64,000 nucleotides of DNA from contig CAZLYK010000003.1 of the NCBI GenBank assembly GCA_964563495.1, positions 4,554 through 68,553 of the forward strand, given 5' to 3'. The stretch comes from an uncultured Heliobacteriaceae bacterium. Its GTDB lineage: Bacteria > Acidobacteriota > Blastocatellia > RBC074. Position numbers and translations under genes: made by a program. Below the pieces are notes generated by a model that had not been told where the DNA came from, searched no databases, and was given only the letters and a program-made list of their open reading frames with translations. Shown one piece after another: positions 37,604-48,957 of the stretch. Position 1 is the first letter of the stretch, and each line of letters starts with the position of its first letter.

Positions 37604-38551
37604 ATGAAAAAGCCGACGCCTTTTGGAAATCTCGAAGTTCTTGATGCGCACATACACTTTTTTTCGCACAATTTTTTTCAAACCCTGATCAATCAATCTC
37701 CCGGATTGAGTGCGGATGCAGCTCCTTTCGGCCGCGCCGCTGAGATGACGGGGTGGCGGATGCCTCCGGCCGACCCGGAAGAGCTGGCGCGAATCTGGAT
37801 CGCCGAACTCGATCGGCGCCAGGTCTCAGCCGGGATGATGATCGCCAGCGTTCCCGGTGACGAAGAATCGATCGCGGCCGCGGTCAAGGCCTTCCCGGAT
37901 CGAATCGCCGGGGCTTTTATCGTCGACCCCAACAGACCCGATGCAGAAGCACGAACGCGGCGCGCCTTCGACGAGATGAAGCTCCGTGTGGCCTGTCTTT
38001 TCCCGGCCATGCACAATTTTTCCGTGGCAGAATCCGAAGGCGCCCACGCGATCGCCGCGCTGGCGGGTGAGCGTCCGGGGACGGCCCTCTTCGTCCATTG
38101 CGGCGCCCTCTCCGTCGGCGCACGAAAGAAATTGGGCTTGCGATCCCACTTCGACATGCGACGCTCGAATCCGCTGGAGATATATCGTCTCGCCGCCGAG
38201 TTCCCCGCGGCCAACTTTATCGTTCCTCATTTCGGCGCCGGCATGTTCCGCGAAGCGATGATGCTCGCCGACCTCTGTCCGAACGTTATGATCGATACTT
38301 CGAGCAGCAACAAATGGATCAATTACGAAACCTCTCCCGTCGACCTGCCGACGATATTCAAACGGGCTCTGGCGGTAGTCGGTGACCAGCGGTTATTGTT
38401 CGGCACGGACTCGTCGTTCTTCCCACGCGGGTGGCAGGAGGATATCTTTCATACCCAGGTCAATGCCTTACTGGAGATCGGTGTGAGCGAGGAACAGGCC
38501 GGGGCGATTTTTGGCGGAAATTTACGCCGGTTGCTCAATGTAAAAAATTGA
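37604..38551 (+). CDS. Amidohydrolase-2 family metal-dependent hydrolase (TIM barrel)
   Basis: LDAHIHFF N-terminal motif. Confidence 0.6.
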   Translation: MKKPTPFGNLEVLDAHIHFFSHNFFQTLINQSPGLSADAAPFGRAAEMTGWRMPPADPEELARIWIAELDRRQVSAGMMIASVPGDEESIAAAVKAFPDRIAGAFIVDPNRPDAEARTRRAFDEMKLRVACLFPAMHNFSVAESEGAHAIAALAGERPGTALFVHCGALSVGARKKLGLRSHFDMRRSNPLEIYRLAAEFPAANFIVPHFGAGMFREAMMLADLCPNVMIDTSSSNKWINYETSPVDLPTIFKRALAVVGDQRLLFGTDSSFFPRGWQEDIFHTQVNALLEIGVSEEQAGAIFGGNLRRLLNVKN

Positions 38552-38561
38552 GATAGAAGAA

Positions 38562-38629
38562 AATAGACAGGATTGAACCAGATTATTATCCCGTTCAATC
38601 CTGCAGAAATCCTGTCAATCCTGTCTATT
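38562..38629. repeat. Palindromic intergenic element E8
   Basis: AATAGACAGGATTGAACCAGATTATTATCCCGTTCAATCCTGCAGAAATCCTGTCAATCCTGTCTATT. Confidence 0.75.
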
Positions 38630-38650
38630 TTTATGTGCGAGGAGGGCGGA

Positions 38651-40030
<1,380 letters not shown>

Positions 40031-40297
40031 TGTCGGTTGTCGCCAATCGTAGACATCCCGCGATTACAAAACCTGCCTGGTTGTAAACATCAAGCGTCAA
40101 TAAACCGCTCAACTGCACCCGGAAAATTGCCGGTCAAATTTCAATATCTTTATTGATCCTGCAACTTAAGGGCAAATTTCGGAGTCTTGGCGGGCGCTGG
40201 CACGGTCGTTGCAGTATACCTCGGCGTCGGAAGCAGAATGAACGGTACCCCCTAGTGCTGTTCGCCTCACCGGAATCAGGGACTGGGGAATCAGAAG

Positions 40298-40501
40298 ATG
40301 AGAAAGATTCTGACAAATTTTTGGCGAGATGAAGAAGGGCAAAGCGTGGTTGAGTATTCGCTATTGATGACGCTGATCGGAGCTTCGATGGTTTTTATGC
40401 TCACATTGATGAAGGTCAGCCTCAGCCGCGTGATCGGGATATCGGATATCACCGTTCAACGATATGCCGAATGGGCCTACGAAAAATTTAAAACTAAATA
40501 G
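40298..40501 (+). CDS. Flp/Fap-family type IVb pilin (orphan)
   Basis: GQSVVEYSLLMTLIGA Flp motif in a 67-aa protein. No tad genes are in the window. Confidence 0.5.
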   Translation: MRKILTNFWRDEEGQSVVEYSLLMTLIGASMVFMLTLMKVSLSRVIGISDITVQRYAEWAYEKFKTK

Positions 40502-40724
40502 TCGCTGATTGATACTGATGATAGCGACAAACCGGATTGAGAATGTCGTAACGATGTTCTCGAATTGCTCTCGCGCTACACATTGAGGACCGCTCTCTGT
40601 TACGTTTATTGACCGCAACCTCCACGAGACGTCCCTCCTTGACGAATCCCCATGATTCCCTCCACACAATTTCTCAATGTGTAGCCGAGAGTCTGAGCAA
40701 GTTAAAAATACCGTGACAGGTATC

Positions 40725-40768
40725 ACAAAACCACCCTGTAGTGTTGAGCTACAGGGTGGTTTTGTTTT
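40725..40768. terminator. Bidirectional rho-independent terminator
   Basis: aaaaccaccctgtagtgttgagctacagggtggttttgtttt. It lies between convergent genes. Confidence 0.7.
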
Positions 40769-40771
40769 AAC

Positions 40772-41629
40772 TCAATTGCCGCGCTGGAATGGTTTGGATC
40801 TTTTGCGCCAGCCGCGCTGGGCCAGATCGTGAAGATGCTGAGTCGAGTAGCGCTCTCGTTTTTTTCCCTCGTCTTTCTCTCGCAATCCGATGATGCCGAA
40901 AGCGAAGGGGATGATAAAGAAGTGTAGCCTGCCGCCCGCGACCTCGAAAAGATGGGATAAAAGCGTCATGGTGACCTGCACCGGCATCGAGGCCGGGACG
41001 ATTTGCAAACCCGAGTGGAGACCTATGTAACGCGCTCCCATGAGATGCAATGGCTGATAATTCAGAATGGCGAAGAGGAGGAGGCCGGCGTAGAAGTTTG
41101 CCATGGCCGAAAGCGCGTCCTTGCGCCAGGCGATGACCAGCGAAAAGAAGATGATCGTGGTGATGATCAAAATGATCTGGGTGGCGAACATCGGGCGCAC
41201 CGATGAGACGGGGCGCAGCCTCGAGACCGCACCGGCGACGAATGAGAGCAGCAAGACCAGGCCGCAGATGCCGATCAGCGGCAGCCATTGTTTCTGTTTC
41301 GATTTTGACGCGCGCAGATCGGCGAACCAGAACGCGATCATGCCGCAGGCGCCGCCATCGATGACCCCCTGGACTACCGGTCCGACCATTCTGGGCACAG
41401 TCAGTCCGAAGAGCGATAAACTGTATCCGGCTCCGCGCAGCCCGTTGAGCTGCAGCAGATATTCCGCGATCACGGTCAAGAAAGATCCACTGGCAAACAT
41501 GAGCAGAAACCGGTGATCGCGTTTGTAATAGAGGAAATATCCGGCGATGGCCAGACTGACTGCCATCAGGATCAGGCGGGTTTCATAGTAACCCGCCTGA
41601 TCGAAGGTTCTGAGCATCAAAAAATCCAT
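40772..41629 (-). CDS. Multi-pass membrane protein of unknown function
   Basis: The internal start MDFLMLRTF is used. About 8 TM helices. Confidence 0.4.
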   Translation of the reverse strand: MDFLMLRTFDQAGYYETRLILMAVSLAIAGYFLYYKRDHRFLLMFASGSFLTVIAEYLLQLNGLRGAGYSLSLFGLTVPRMVGPVVQGVIDGGACGMIAFWFADLRASKSKQKQWLPLIGICGLVLLLSFVAGAVSRLRPVSSVRPMFATQIILIITTIIFFSLVIAWRKDALSAMANFYAGLLLFAILNYQPLHLMGARYIGLHSGLQIVPASMPVQVTMTLLSHLFEVAGGRLHFFIIPFAFGIIGLREKDEGKKRERYSTQHLHDLAQRGWRKRSKPFQRGN

Positions 41630-41696
41630 AACCAAGCGTCGTCCCTGAGTAACCGGCCAGATAATTGTCGATGCAGGGCGTAAAAGATCCGTCGAC

Positions 41697-42350
41697 TCAG
41701 AGCACGTCGTTGTGCGCCATGATTCTGGGCTGAGTATCAAGCAGATAGACATCCATAAAGGCTTTGACCCGCGCCAGCCATTCACGCGCTCTGAACCTTT
41801 TTGATTTTTCGATCGGGACTTTTTCCGAGCAGAAAGCCACGGCGTCCAGGCTGTGGTACCTGCTCAGGAAGAGGGCGCGGGAGACATGAAAATCGTCGGT
41901 GATGATCGTCAAATGATCAAGCCCATAGACTTCTTTCGCGCGGACGATCGAATCGAGAGTTCTCAAGCCGGCGTGATCCAGCGTGATCGCGGATTCCGGC
42001 ACGCCGTGCTTGAGCAATTGTTTCTTCATTTCGATCGTTTCATCATATCTTTGCGTGTATCCGTCTCCGCTGACCAGCAGGTGCTTGACCTTGCCGATGT
42101 GATAGAGATGCGCGGCAGTCTCGATCCGGCCCAGAAAGTGCGGGTTGGGTTTGCGGCCCGCCAGCCTGGGGCTTGCCCCCAGAACCAGCCCGACCTCGTT
42201 GAACGGCAATTGCGATTCATCCGTGTAAACTTTCGATGAATTGGAGAGGATGATCCATAGATTTATGCTTAAGATCAATACCGGGAAGAGCAGTAATAAC
42301 CAGACGGATTTCCAGCGCAGTTTGAGCAATTTTTTAGACAATGATTTCAT
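41697..42350 (-). CDS. SanA/YdcF (DUF218) family protein
   Basis: N-terminal TM segment followed by a DUF218 core with LLVSGDGYTQRYDE. Confidence 0.65.
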   Translation of the reverse strand: MKSLSKKLLKLRWKSVWLLLLFPVLILSINLWIILSNSSKVYTDESQLPFNEVGLVLGASPRLAGRKPNPHFLGRIETAAHLYHIGKVKHLLVSGDGYTQRYDETIEMKKQLLKHGVPESAITLDHAGLRTLDSIVRAKEVYGLDHLTIITDDFHVSRALFLSRYHSLDAVAFCSEKVPIEKSKRFRAREWLARVKAFMDVYLLDTQPRIMAHNDVL

Positions 42351-42386
42351 AATATTATCGGCGATGTCAGGCGCGGCAGAGACTAT

Positions 42387-43553
42387 TCAAGCTGCCGGAC
42401 TGACATTCGCTTCATTATTTATCACACCGCGCGACGATTGTGAAATCATGAATCCGATCGTGACCAGGGCGCAGGCGACATTGAAGACCACCACCCAGAT
42501 CATGAACTGTGGGCCCAATCTGTTAAAGTATTGTCCGATCAGCCAGGGCCAGAACATGCTTCCCGCCGAAGAGCCGACGAGGAACCAGCCGGTCAGCTTG
42601 CCGGTCAGGCCAAGCACGTGCTGGGCGTATCCGAACGTATTGGGAAAGACCGGGGCCATGGTCAGCCCCATTCCGATCGCCCCCGCCCAGATGAGAACCG
42701 GCGAGGCCGGCAAGATCAGCAGTCCGACCGCTAAGATAAGCCAGATCGAGAGGTGTGCGACGATCAATGGAGGGGCGCTGAATCGCATTGCCAACCAGAT
42801 GGTCGCCAGCCGGCCGACGCTGAATGCCGCCCAGAATGCCGAAGTAATATATGCGGCCGTTTGATTGTCCATCCCGCGCGCGGTCGAATAAGTGAAGATC
42901 CAGCCCATGAGGCCGGCCTCGCCTCCCACTTCCAGAAAGAAGAAAAAGACCAGCGTGAACACGATCAGGGCCGGCACCTTGGCGTCTTTTCCCGGATGGC
43001 GGTGGCGGGCTGACCGCGGGCTTGCAGAGAGCCAGACGAAGACGGCCGGCAGTATTCCCAGCAAGGCGAGCATGCAATAGGTCAGTTGCAAACTGTCGGA
43101 CTGATCGGCAAAAAGAGCGACCAGCACCGGAGCCAGCAGTCCTCCTGCGCCGAAGGCGAAATGCAGAGTGCTGATGAAAGGTCTCACCCTTTCACCGTGG
43201 ACCTGCACGATCAACGTGTTACCGCCGACGTTGATCGAGCCGGACGCCATTCCCAGAAAAAGAAAGACCATGCTCATGAGCCAGAGTAATTTGACTACCG
43301 GGACGAGCAACATTGCGACGGCCGATACGACCAGAGATAGAGCCAGCAACGGATGTCCGGCCAGACGGTCGTAGCACCTCCCGATCAGCCACGATCCGAT
43401 CATCGTACCCAGGGAGCGGAAGACGAAGAGATGGCTGATCTGGCTCATCTCTACGTGTGTCTGCGCGGCGAGAGCCGGAAGAGTCGGACCCAGTGAAGCT
43501 GAGCTTAGACCGAGCGCGATAAAGGCAAGCGAGTAGATAATTGTTTTGCCCAT
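42387..43553 (-). CDS. MFS transporter
   Basis: 12 TM helices with a typical MFS loop motif. Confidence 0.75.
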   Translation of the reverse strand: MGKTIIYSLAFIALGLSSASLGPTLPALAAQTHVEMSQISHLFVFRSLGTMIGSWLIGRCYDRLAGHPLLALSLVVSAVAMLLVPVVKLLWLMSMVFLFLGMASGSINVGGNTLIVQVHGERVRPFISTLHFAFGAGGLLAPVLVALFADQSDSLQLTYCMLALLGILPAVFVWLSASPRSARHRHPGKDAKVPALIVFTLVFFFFLEVGGEAGLMGWIFTYSTARGMDNQTAAYITSAFWAAFSVGRLATIWLAMRFSAPPLIVAHLSIWLILAVGLLILPASPVLIWAGAIGMGLTMAPVFPNTFGYAQHVLGLTGKLTGWFLVGSSAGSMFWPWLIGQYFNRLGPQFMIWVVVFNVACALVTIGFMISQSSRGVINNEANVSPAA

Positions 43554-43660
43554 TCGAGTAAAATGATAGCCTAAATGACTTAAAAGTGACGGGTGACAAG
43601 AGGTGCTTGGTTTTTGACGTCAACTGAAATAGAGTGTACGCGATCTGGAAAAAAGCTGGT

Positions 43661-44686
43661 ATGAGACCAAAAGTATTCGTGACACGCCATCTTCCGGAAC
43701 CGGCGATGATTCGGTTGGCTGAAGTCTGTCGGATCGAAGTTGGAACGGACCGTGGATCTATCAGCCGGGAGGCTTTGCTGGCGGGAGTCCGTGATGCCGA
43801 GGGGTTGATTTGCCTGCTCACCGATCAGATCGATCGGGAAGTGATCGATGCCGGTGCAAGATTGCGAGTGATCTCGATTGTCGCCGTCGGTTATAATAAT
43901 ATCGATGTAAGCGCCGCCCAAGCTCGCGGGATCTGCGTCACCAACACGCCCGATGTCTTGACCGATGCGACGGCCGATCTGACCTGGGCCTTGATCCTGG
44001 CGACCACCCGCCGCATCGTCGAAGCCGATGCATTCGTCCGCACCGGCGGGTTCAAGGGCTGGGATTTCGATCTCCTCCTAGGCTCGGGGTTGAGCGGAAA
44101 AACCCTCGGTCTGGTCGGTTATGGCCGGATCGGGCGGGCCGTCGCGCGTCGCGCGAACGGTTTCGGTCTGACGGTCGTCTATTGCAATCGGGATGACATA
44201 GCTTTTCGAGACGATCCGCAACACCAGACTCTGACCACGCCTCGACCAACCGGCCCATCACCTTTCAACCAGAGTGCGCGAATAGACGGACTCGCCGTTC
44301 GCCACGTCTCATTCACCCAGTTATTGGAAACTTCAGACATTATCTCGCTTCACGTCCCCCTGGCGGCGACGACGCGTCACCTGATCGACAAAGCGGCTTT
44401 CGCACGGATCAAACCCACTGCCTTCCTGATCAACACGGCGCGCGGATCGGTGATCAATGAAAAGGCGCTGGTCGATGCCCTCCAAGAGGGGAGCATCGCA
44501 GGCGCCGGTTTGGACGTTTACGAGGACGAGCCCACCGTCAGCGCAGCGTTGCTGGAGATGAGCAATGTGGTGGTGCTGCCGCACATCGGCAGCGCGACCC
44601 GCGAAACCCGTACAGCCATGGCCTTACTCGCGGTCGAGAATACGATCGATGCCCTCTCCGGGCGCACCCCGAGAAATGCGGTCTGA
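43661..44686 (+). CDS. D-isomer-specific 2-hydroxyacid dehydrogenase (glyoxylate/hydroxypyruvate reductase-like) with a roughly 35-aa insertion
   Basis: GLVGYGRIGRAVARR NAD-binding motif. The catalytic R/E/H triad context is present. Confidence 0.8.
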   Translation: MRPKVFVTRHLPEPAMIRLAEVCRIEVGTDRGSISREALLAGVRDAEGLICLLTDQIDREVIDAGARLRVISIVAVGYNNIDVSAAQARGICVTNTPDVLTDATADLTWALILATTRRIVEADAFVRTGGFKGWDFDLLLGSGLSGKTLGLVGYGRIGRAVARRANGFGLTVVYCNRDDIAFRDDPQHQTLTTPRPTGPSPFNQSARIDGLAVRHVSFTQLLETSDIISLHVPLAATTRHLIDKAAFARIKPTAFLINTARGSVINEKALVDALQEGSIAGAGLDVYEDEPTVSAALLEMSNVVVLPHIGSATRETRTAMALLAVENTIDALSGRTPRNAV

Positions 44687-44850
44687 TCCCGGCTTCCGCC
44701 GGGAAAACACTGCTTCTGTCAGCCGGATACTCCAGCGCCGGAGTTGACTGTATACCACCAAACCCTTTAAAATCACTGGTTACCAATTCGGTCCCGGGTG
44801 GCACTGGAGTTGCCTCTTATCAGGTCAGTCAGGGGGATGAAGAGGTCCAG

Positions 44851-45777
44851 GTGGATAAGATAAAGGTATCGTTAATATTCAACCCAACGGCGGGGTCGCT
44901 ACGGAGAGATCCGCGTCAGGTCGAGCGTCTGAGCGCGGCGCTGGCCGGGCGAGGGATAGAGGTCAGTACCGCTGCCACACAATCTGCCGGTCACTCGACA
45001 GTGCTGGCCGCAGAGGCTGTCGAGCGGGGTGTGGATGTAGTCCTGGTTTGCGGCGGCGATGGAACCGTCAATGAGGCTGCCCAGTCCCTGATCGGCGCCG
45101 AAACGGCGCTCGCCGTCTGGCCGGGAGGAACGGCCAATGTCCTCGCGTCGGAATTGAGGTTGCCCCGTTCACCTGAGGGCCTGGCGGATTTGATCGCAGC
45201 TGGAAGCATCCTCACCATCAGCGTCGGGCGGGCGATGAAACCTGAGACCGGTTGGCAACGTTATTTTCTCCTTATGGCAGGGATCGGGCTCGATGCCGCG
45301 ATCGTCCAAAGCGTCAATTTGAATTTGAAGCGGATGGCCGGGATCGGCGCTTATCTGGTTTCCGGCCTGGATTATCTGGCGCGGTTGCCGCTCACGCCGT
45401 TTGTGATCGATTTTAACGGGTGCAGGCACGAGAGCACTTTCGCCGTCATCTCGAACTCGGCACATTATGCCGTTTGGTTCAGGCTGGCCCCGGAGGCAAA
45501 GATGGATGACGATAAATTGGATATTTGCCTCTTCAATAGCCGGAGCCGGCTGGTCTATCTGAGTTATGCGGCCATGAGTCTGGCCGGCAGGCACACTCGC
45601 AGTAAAGGGGTAGTTTACCAGGAGGCGACTCGGGCGCGGGCTAATTCGAACGATGCGGCCCTGGTCCAGTTGGATGGAGAGGTGGTCGGTAATCTGCCTA
45701 TGCAATTTGAGATCGTTCCGCGGGCGCTCAAAGTAGTTGCGCCTCTTTTCGATCGGGATAAAGCAATAGCTTCGTAA
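44851..45777 (+). CDS. Diacylglycerol-kinase catalytic-domain lipid kinase (YegS-like)
   Basis: GTG start. LIFNPTAGS and VCGGDGTVNEA motifs. Confidence 0.75.
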   Translation: MDKIKVSLIFNPTAGSLRRDPRQVERLSAALAGRGIEVSTAATQSAGHSTVLAAEAVERGVDVVLVCGGDGTVNEAAQSLIGAETALAVWPGGTANVLASELRLPRSPEGLADLIAAGSILTISVGRAMKPETGWQRYFLLMAGIGLDAAIVQSVNLNLKRMAGIGAYLVSGLDYLARLPLTPFVIDFNGCRHESTFAVISNSAHYAVWFRLAPEAKMDDDKLDICLFNSRSRLVYLSYAAMSLAGRHTRSKGVVYQEATRARANSNDAALVQLDGEVVGNLPMQFEIVPRALKVVAPLFDRDKAIAS

Positions 45778-45788
45778 TTGAGAGATTT

Positions 45789-47192
45789 ATGAGTCGGATA
45801 CTTCATTTAATTGAGAATTTCGTCCTGGCGATCTATTTTTGCGTAATCTGGCTGACGCCGGCCAATTTGCGCAGCGCCTCGCGAATCATGTCCAGTGGGC
45901 GATGGCGGGTGACGACCTGGCTGCGCGAGCGGCGGGATTTTCTGCCGCTGGCTGCGCTCATGCTGACCGTGGCATTGTCGACCCTGGTTTTCGGGCAAAC
46001 GCCCGAGGGTACTGGAATCGCGACTACTTCGACTGCCGCATTGCCGGCCGATCTGATCGAACTACGGCGAGAAGGAAATGCCGCCCTCTATAACATAGAT
46101 TACCCGACGGCCAGGACAAAGTTCGAGGAGATCAGGAAACGGCTGCCCTCTCATCCGGCAGGAGACCTCTATCTGGGAACTCTGATCTGGCTCGAACACC
46201 TCAACAAGAGCCGGCGATTGCAGACCGGTCTATATAGCAATGAATCGAGCTTTTATGCCGGCGCCGACAAGGCCAGTGAGGACAATGAAGGAGACGCGGT
46301 CGACCCGGCTGTCGATAAGGCGTTTCGCGACCGGATGGCTCAGGCTAAAACAAAGGCCCTCGCTCTGGTCAATCGCAACAAGAATGACGCCGACGCGGTC
46401 TACTTTCTCGGCGCCGTCTACGGAGTCATGGCCGGTTACGAGGCGTCCGTCGCGCGTAAATTCTTCGCCGCCATACGAAATGGATCGCGCGGCGTTGACG
46501 CCCACGAAAAAGTGCTCAAATTGAACCCGAATTATTATGACGCCTACCTTTCAGTCGGCATGTACGATTACATCATCGGCAGTCTGCCATTTGCCTACAA
46601 AGCGCTGGCGACGATCGCCGGTTTTCGCGGGAACAAGCAGAGAGGGATCAGCCGGTTGCAGACGATTATCGGGAAAGACGTTGCCACCTCCGATGACGCT
46701 CGGGTCATGCTGCTGGCGATCTATCAAAATGAAAAACGCCATCAGGACGCCCTCGCCATCCTTCAGGAACTGAACGCCAAATACCCGAACAGTTACCTGC
46801 TCAAGCTGGAGACGGCCTCAACCCTGGTCACGCTCAAGCGCAGCGAGGACGCCTATCAGGCATTCGAGAACCTGCTCAAGGACGAGACGACTGCGGCGAT
46901 CGTCGATCTGATTCATTTTCAATACGCCGAGGCGCTCGCTCTGAACCTGGAATTCAAACGCTCGGCCGAGCATTTTCTCGCGGCCTCTCAATCCAAAACG
47001 GCCGATGCGAACCTGGCGACCCTGGCGCTCCTGCGAGCCGCCCAGGTCTATGACCTCGCCGGCAGCCGCGACGCTGCTCTGGCTCAGTATAAAGCCGTCC
47101 TCGCGCGACCCAATGTTTACGATACGCGCGAACAGGCAGAACGTGGATTGAAGGAGCCTTTCCGCCGCAAACAGGAAGAGAAGAAGGGGTGA
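45789..47192 (+). CDS. TPR-repeat protein with N-terminal membrane anchor
   Basis: Repeated helical TPR-like units. Function is unknown. Confidence 0.45.
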   Translation: MSRILHLIENFVLAIYFCVIWLTPANLRSASRIMSSGRWRVTTWLRERRDFLPLAALMLTVALSTLVFGQTPEGTGIATTSTAALPADLIELRREGNAALYNIDYPTARTKFEEIRKRLPSHPAGDLYLGTLIWLEHLNKSRRLQTGLYSNESSFYAGADKASEDNEGDAVDPAVDKAFRDRMAQAKTKALALVNRNKNDADAVYFLGAVYGVMAGYEASVARKFFAAIRNGSRGVDAHEKVLKLNPNYYDAYLSVGMYDYIIGSLPFAYKALATIAGFRGNKQRGISRLQTIIGKDVATSDDARVMLLAIYQNEKRHQDALAILQELNAKYPNSYLLKLETASTLVTLKRSEDAYQAFENLLKDETTAAIVDLIHFQYAEALALNLEFKRSAEHFLAASQSKTADANLATLALLRAAQVYDLAGSRDAALAQYKAVLARPNVYDTREQAERGLKEPFRRKQEEKKG

Positions 47193-47195
47193 AGA

Positions 47196-47329
47196 AATAG
47201 ACAGGATTGACAGGATTTGTGCAGGATTAAACAGGATTATTGGAAAAAGGTGTGGTTGGGATAACCTCTATCATGCCTATATTGATCATCCTGTTTAATC
47301 CTGCACAAATCCTGTCAATCCTGTCTATT
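47196..47329. repeat. Palindromic intergenic element E9 (longest copy; 42-bp perfect TIRs and a 50-bp unique core)
   Basis: AATAGACAGGATTGACAGGATTTGTGCAGGATTAAACAGGAT ... ATCCTGTTTAATCCTGCACAAATCCTGTCAATCCTGTCTATT. The tatC stop codon lies inside the right TIR. Confidence 0.85.
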
Positions 47330-48380
47330 TCTTCGAGCCGGCGAACTCTTCATCGGACTGGCGGGGTTTACCGAAGGCCCAGACGATCCCCACGCTCAGG
47401 AAATAGAGACCGAGCATCGGCGTTGCAAACATCATCATATTGAATGCGTCGGGAGTCGGCGTCAGGACGGCCGAAATGATCGCGATGCTGACGATTGCGA
47501 CCCGCCAGGCCCTGAACATCATGCGCGGGGTCAAGAGCCCGATCCGGCCGAGCACGAAGGCGATCGTCGGGATCTGGAAGACGATGCCGAGGCCGAGCAT
47601 GATCATAATGATCAGGTCCAGGTAGTCCTCGGCGTCGAGCAAAGTCCGAAAACCTCCCTCGACGGCCAGCCCCAACAGATAATCGCAAGCGGCGGGGAAG
47701 GCGATCCGGTATGCGAAACTCGCGCCGAGGGTAAAAAAGACGGTCGACATGACCAACACCGGGACGATGTATTTTTTCTCGTGCTTGTAGAGTCCCGGTG
47801 AGATAAACGCCCAGATCTGGTAGAAGAGGAAGGGGACGGCCAGCGCGATGCCGGCGTAGAGCGCGACTCTCATGTAGATCATGAAAGAACTGGTCACGCC
47901 ACGCAGCACGAGCTGGTTGCTCTCGTCGTCAAAAAAGATCTGTGTTTGTCCTTCCTGGAAGATCTTGCTCAGCGGAGTCTCGGCCGGGACTACGGTTTTA
48001 GCAACCGACCATTGATCGGCGAGGACGAGCATCGGCTTATTGTCCTTGGCCACCTTTTTGACCAGGATCGTCGTCCCGAGCGGGATCTTTACCCCATTGA
48101 CCGCGGTCTCCTGGGTAAAGGTGTACTGGAGTATCTCTCCATCTTTGATCTGGCCGATGTCGACCTGTCCTGACGCCGCTTGCTGCGCGCGCCGGGCTTT
48201 CTGTAATTGCTTGATCACCGGGACTGAAAGGAATTTATAGATCTCTTCTGAAAAAACGAAGCAGAGGGCGAACGCCACGGCAATCGAGACCACCGAATAG
48301 ATCAGCCTGCGACGCAGCTCGTCGAGGTGATCCAGAAACGACATCTGTAATCCTTCTTGCGCTGCTATCTCGTCGCTCAT
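47325..48380 (-). CDS. tatC: Twin-arginine translocase subunit TatC (with a roughly 100-aa insertion in the first periplasmic loop)
   Basis: MSFLDHLDELRRRL N-terminal motif. Six TM helices. Confidence 0.8.
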   Translation of the reverse strand: MSDEIAAQEGLQMSFLDHLDELRRRLIYSVVSIAVAFALCFVFSEEIYKFLSVPVIKQLQKARRAQQAASGQVDIGQIKDGEILQYTFTQETAVNGVKIPLGTTILVKKVAKDNKPMLVLADQWSVAKTVVPAETPLSKIFQEGQTQIFFDDESNQLVLRGVTSSFMIYMRVALYAGIALAVPFLFYQIWAFISPGLYKHEKKYIVPVLVMSTVFFTLGASFAYRIAFPAACDYLLGLAVEGGFRTLLDAEDYLDLIIMIMLGLGIVFQIPTIAFVLGRIGLLTPRMMFRAWRVAIVSIAIISAVLTPTPDAFNMMMFATPMLGLYFLSVGIVWAFGKPRQSDEEFAGSKK

Positions 48381-48385
48381 TTGTT

Positions 48386-48817
48386 TCAGATCCAGTGCCG
48401 TTTCTCAGATGTGCTCGCTGCTGAGGCGGTGGTGTGCCCAAGATTGGAATCCACTTGCGGCGAGGCCGGCGCTTCACTCGTCGTTGGGTTCGATGAAGAA
48501 TCGAGAGCCGGCTCGCCGGTCTGTTCAGACGCCTGGGCGGATTCCGTCGGGTAGGAATAATCCGATGAGACTGAATCAGGAGAGTAAGAGCCGGCCGATG
48601 AGCTGTAATCGTAGCTTGAACCGGAACTCGGGCTGTCGTCTGTTCGGACCCTTTCGAGCTCAACTTCCTGTTCCCAGGTCCGTTTAAAATCTTCAGAGGC
48701 GCGGCGGAATTGGGCCATCGCCTGTCCCAGGGATTTGCCCAGTTCGGGCAACTTCCTCGGGCCAAAAACGATCAGCGCAATCACCAGAATGAGGACTACT
48801 TCCGGGGCTCCCAACAT
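48386..48817 (-). CDS. tatA: TatA/TatB-family translocase component with a Ser-rich acidic C-terminal tail
   Basis: The start at MLGAPEVVLILVIALIVFGPRKLPELGKSLG matches the canonical TatA/B TM plus amphipathic helix. Confidence 0.7.
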   Translation of the reverse strand: MLGAPEVVLILVIALIVFGPRKLPELGKSLGQAMAQFRRASEDFKRTWEQEVELERVRTDDSPSSGSSYDYSSSAGSYSPDSVSSDYSYPTESAQASEQTGEPALDSSSNPTTSEAPASPQVDSNLGHTTASAASTSEKRHWI

Positions 48818-48957
48818 AACTACTAATCTCTCCTTTGGGTATTCTCGGGCCCGCAGCGGCTCCATGAAAAGTTGCAGGTCGCGACGAAAATCAAATATAA
48901 GTGACGTTCAAAGGTGAGTCAAGCAGGGTGTCTGTCGAGCCATTCGGCGCTCCAGGC

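Noticed and set aside
38573-38650. N-terminal extension MNQIIIPFNPAEILSILSIF of the MBL-rhodanese gene (and the similar 67-aa ORF 47240..47443)
   Set aside because: It is encoded by element E8/E9 sequence. A strong RBS (GAGGAGGGCGG) precedes the internal MYFKQFYLG start.
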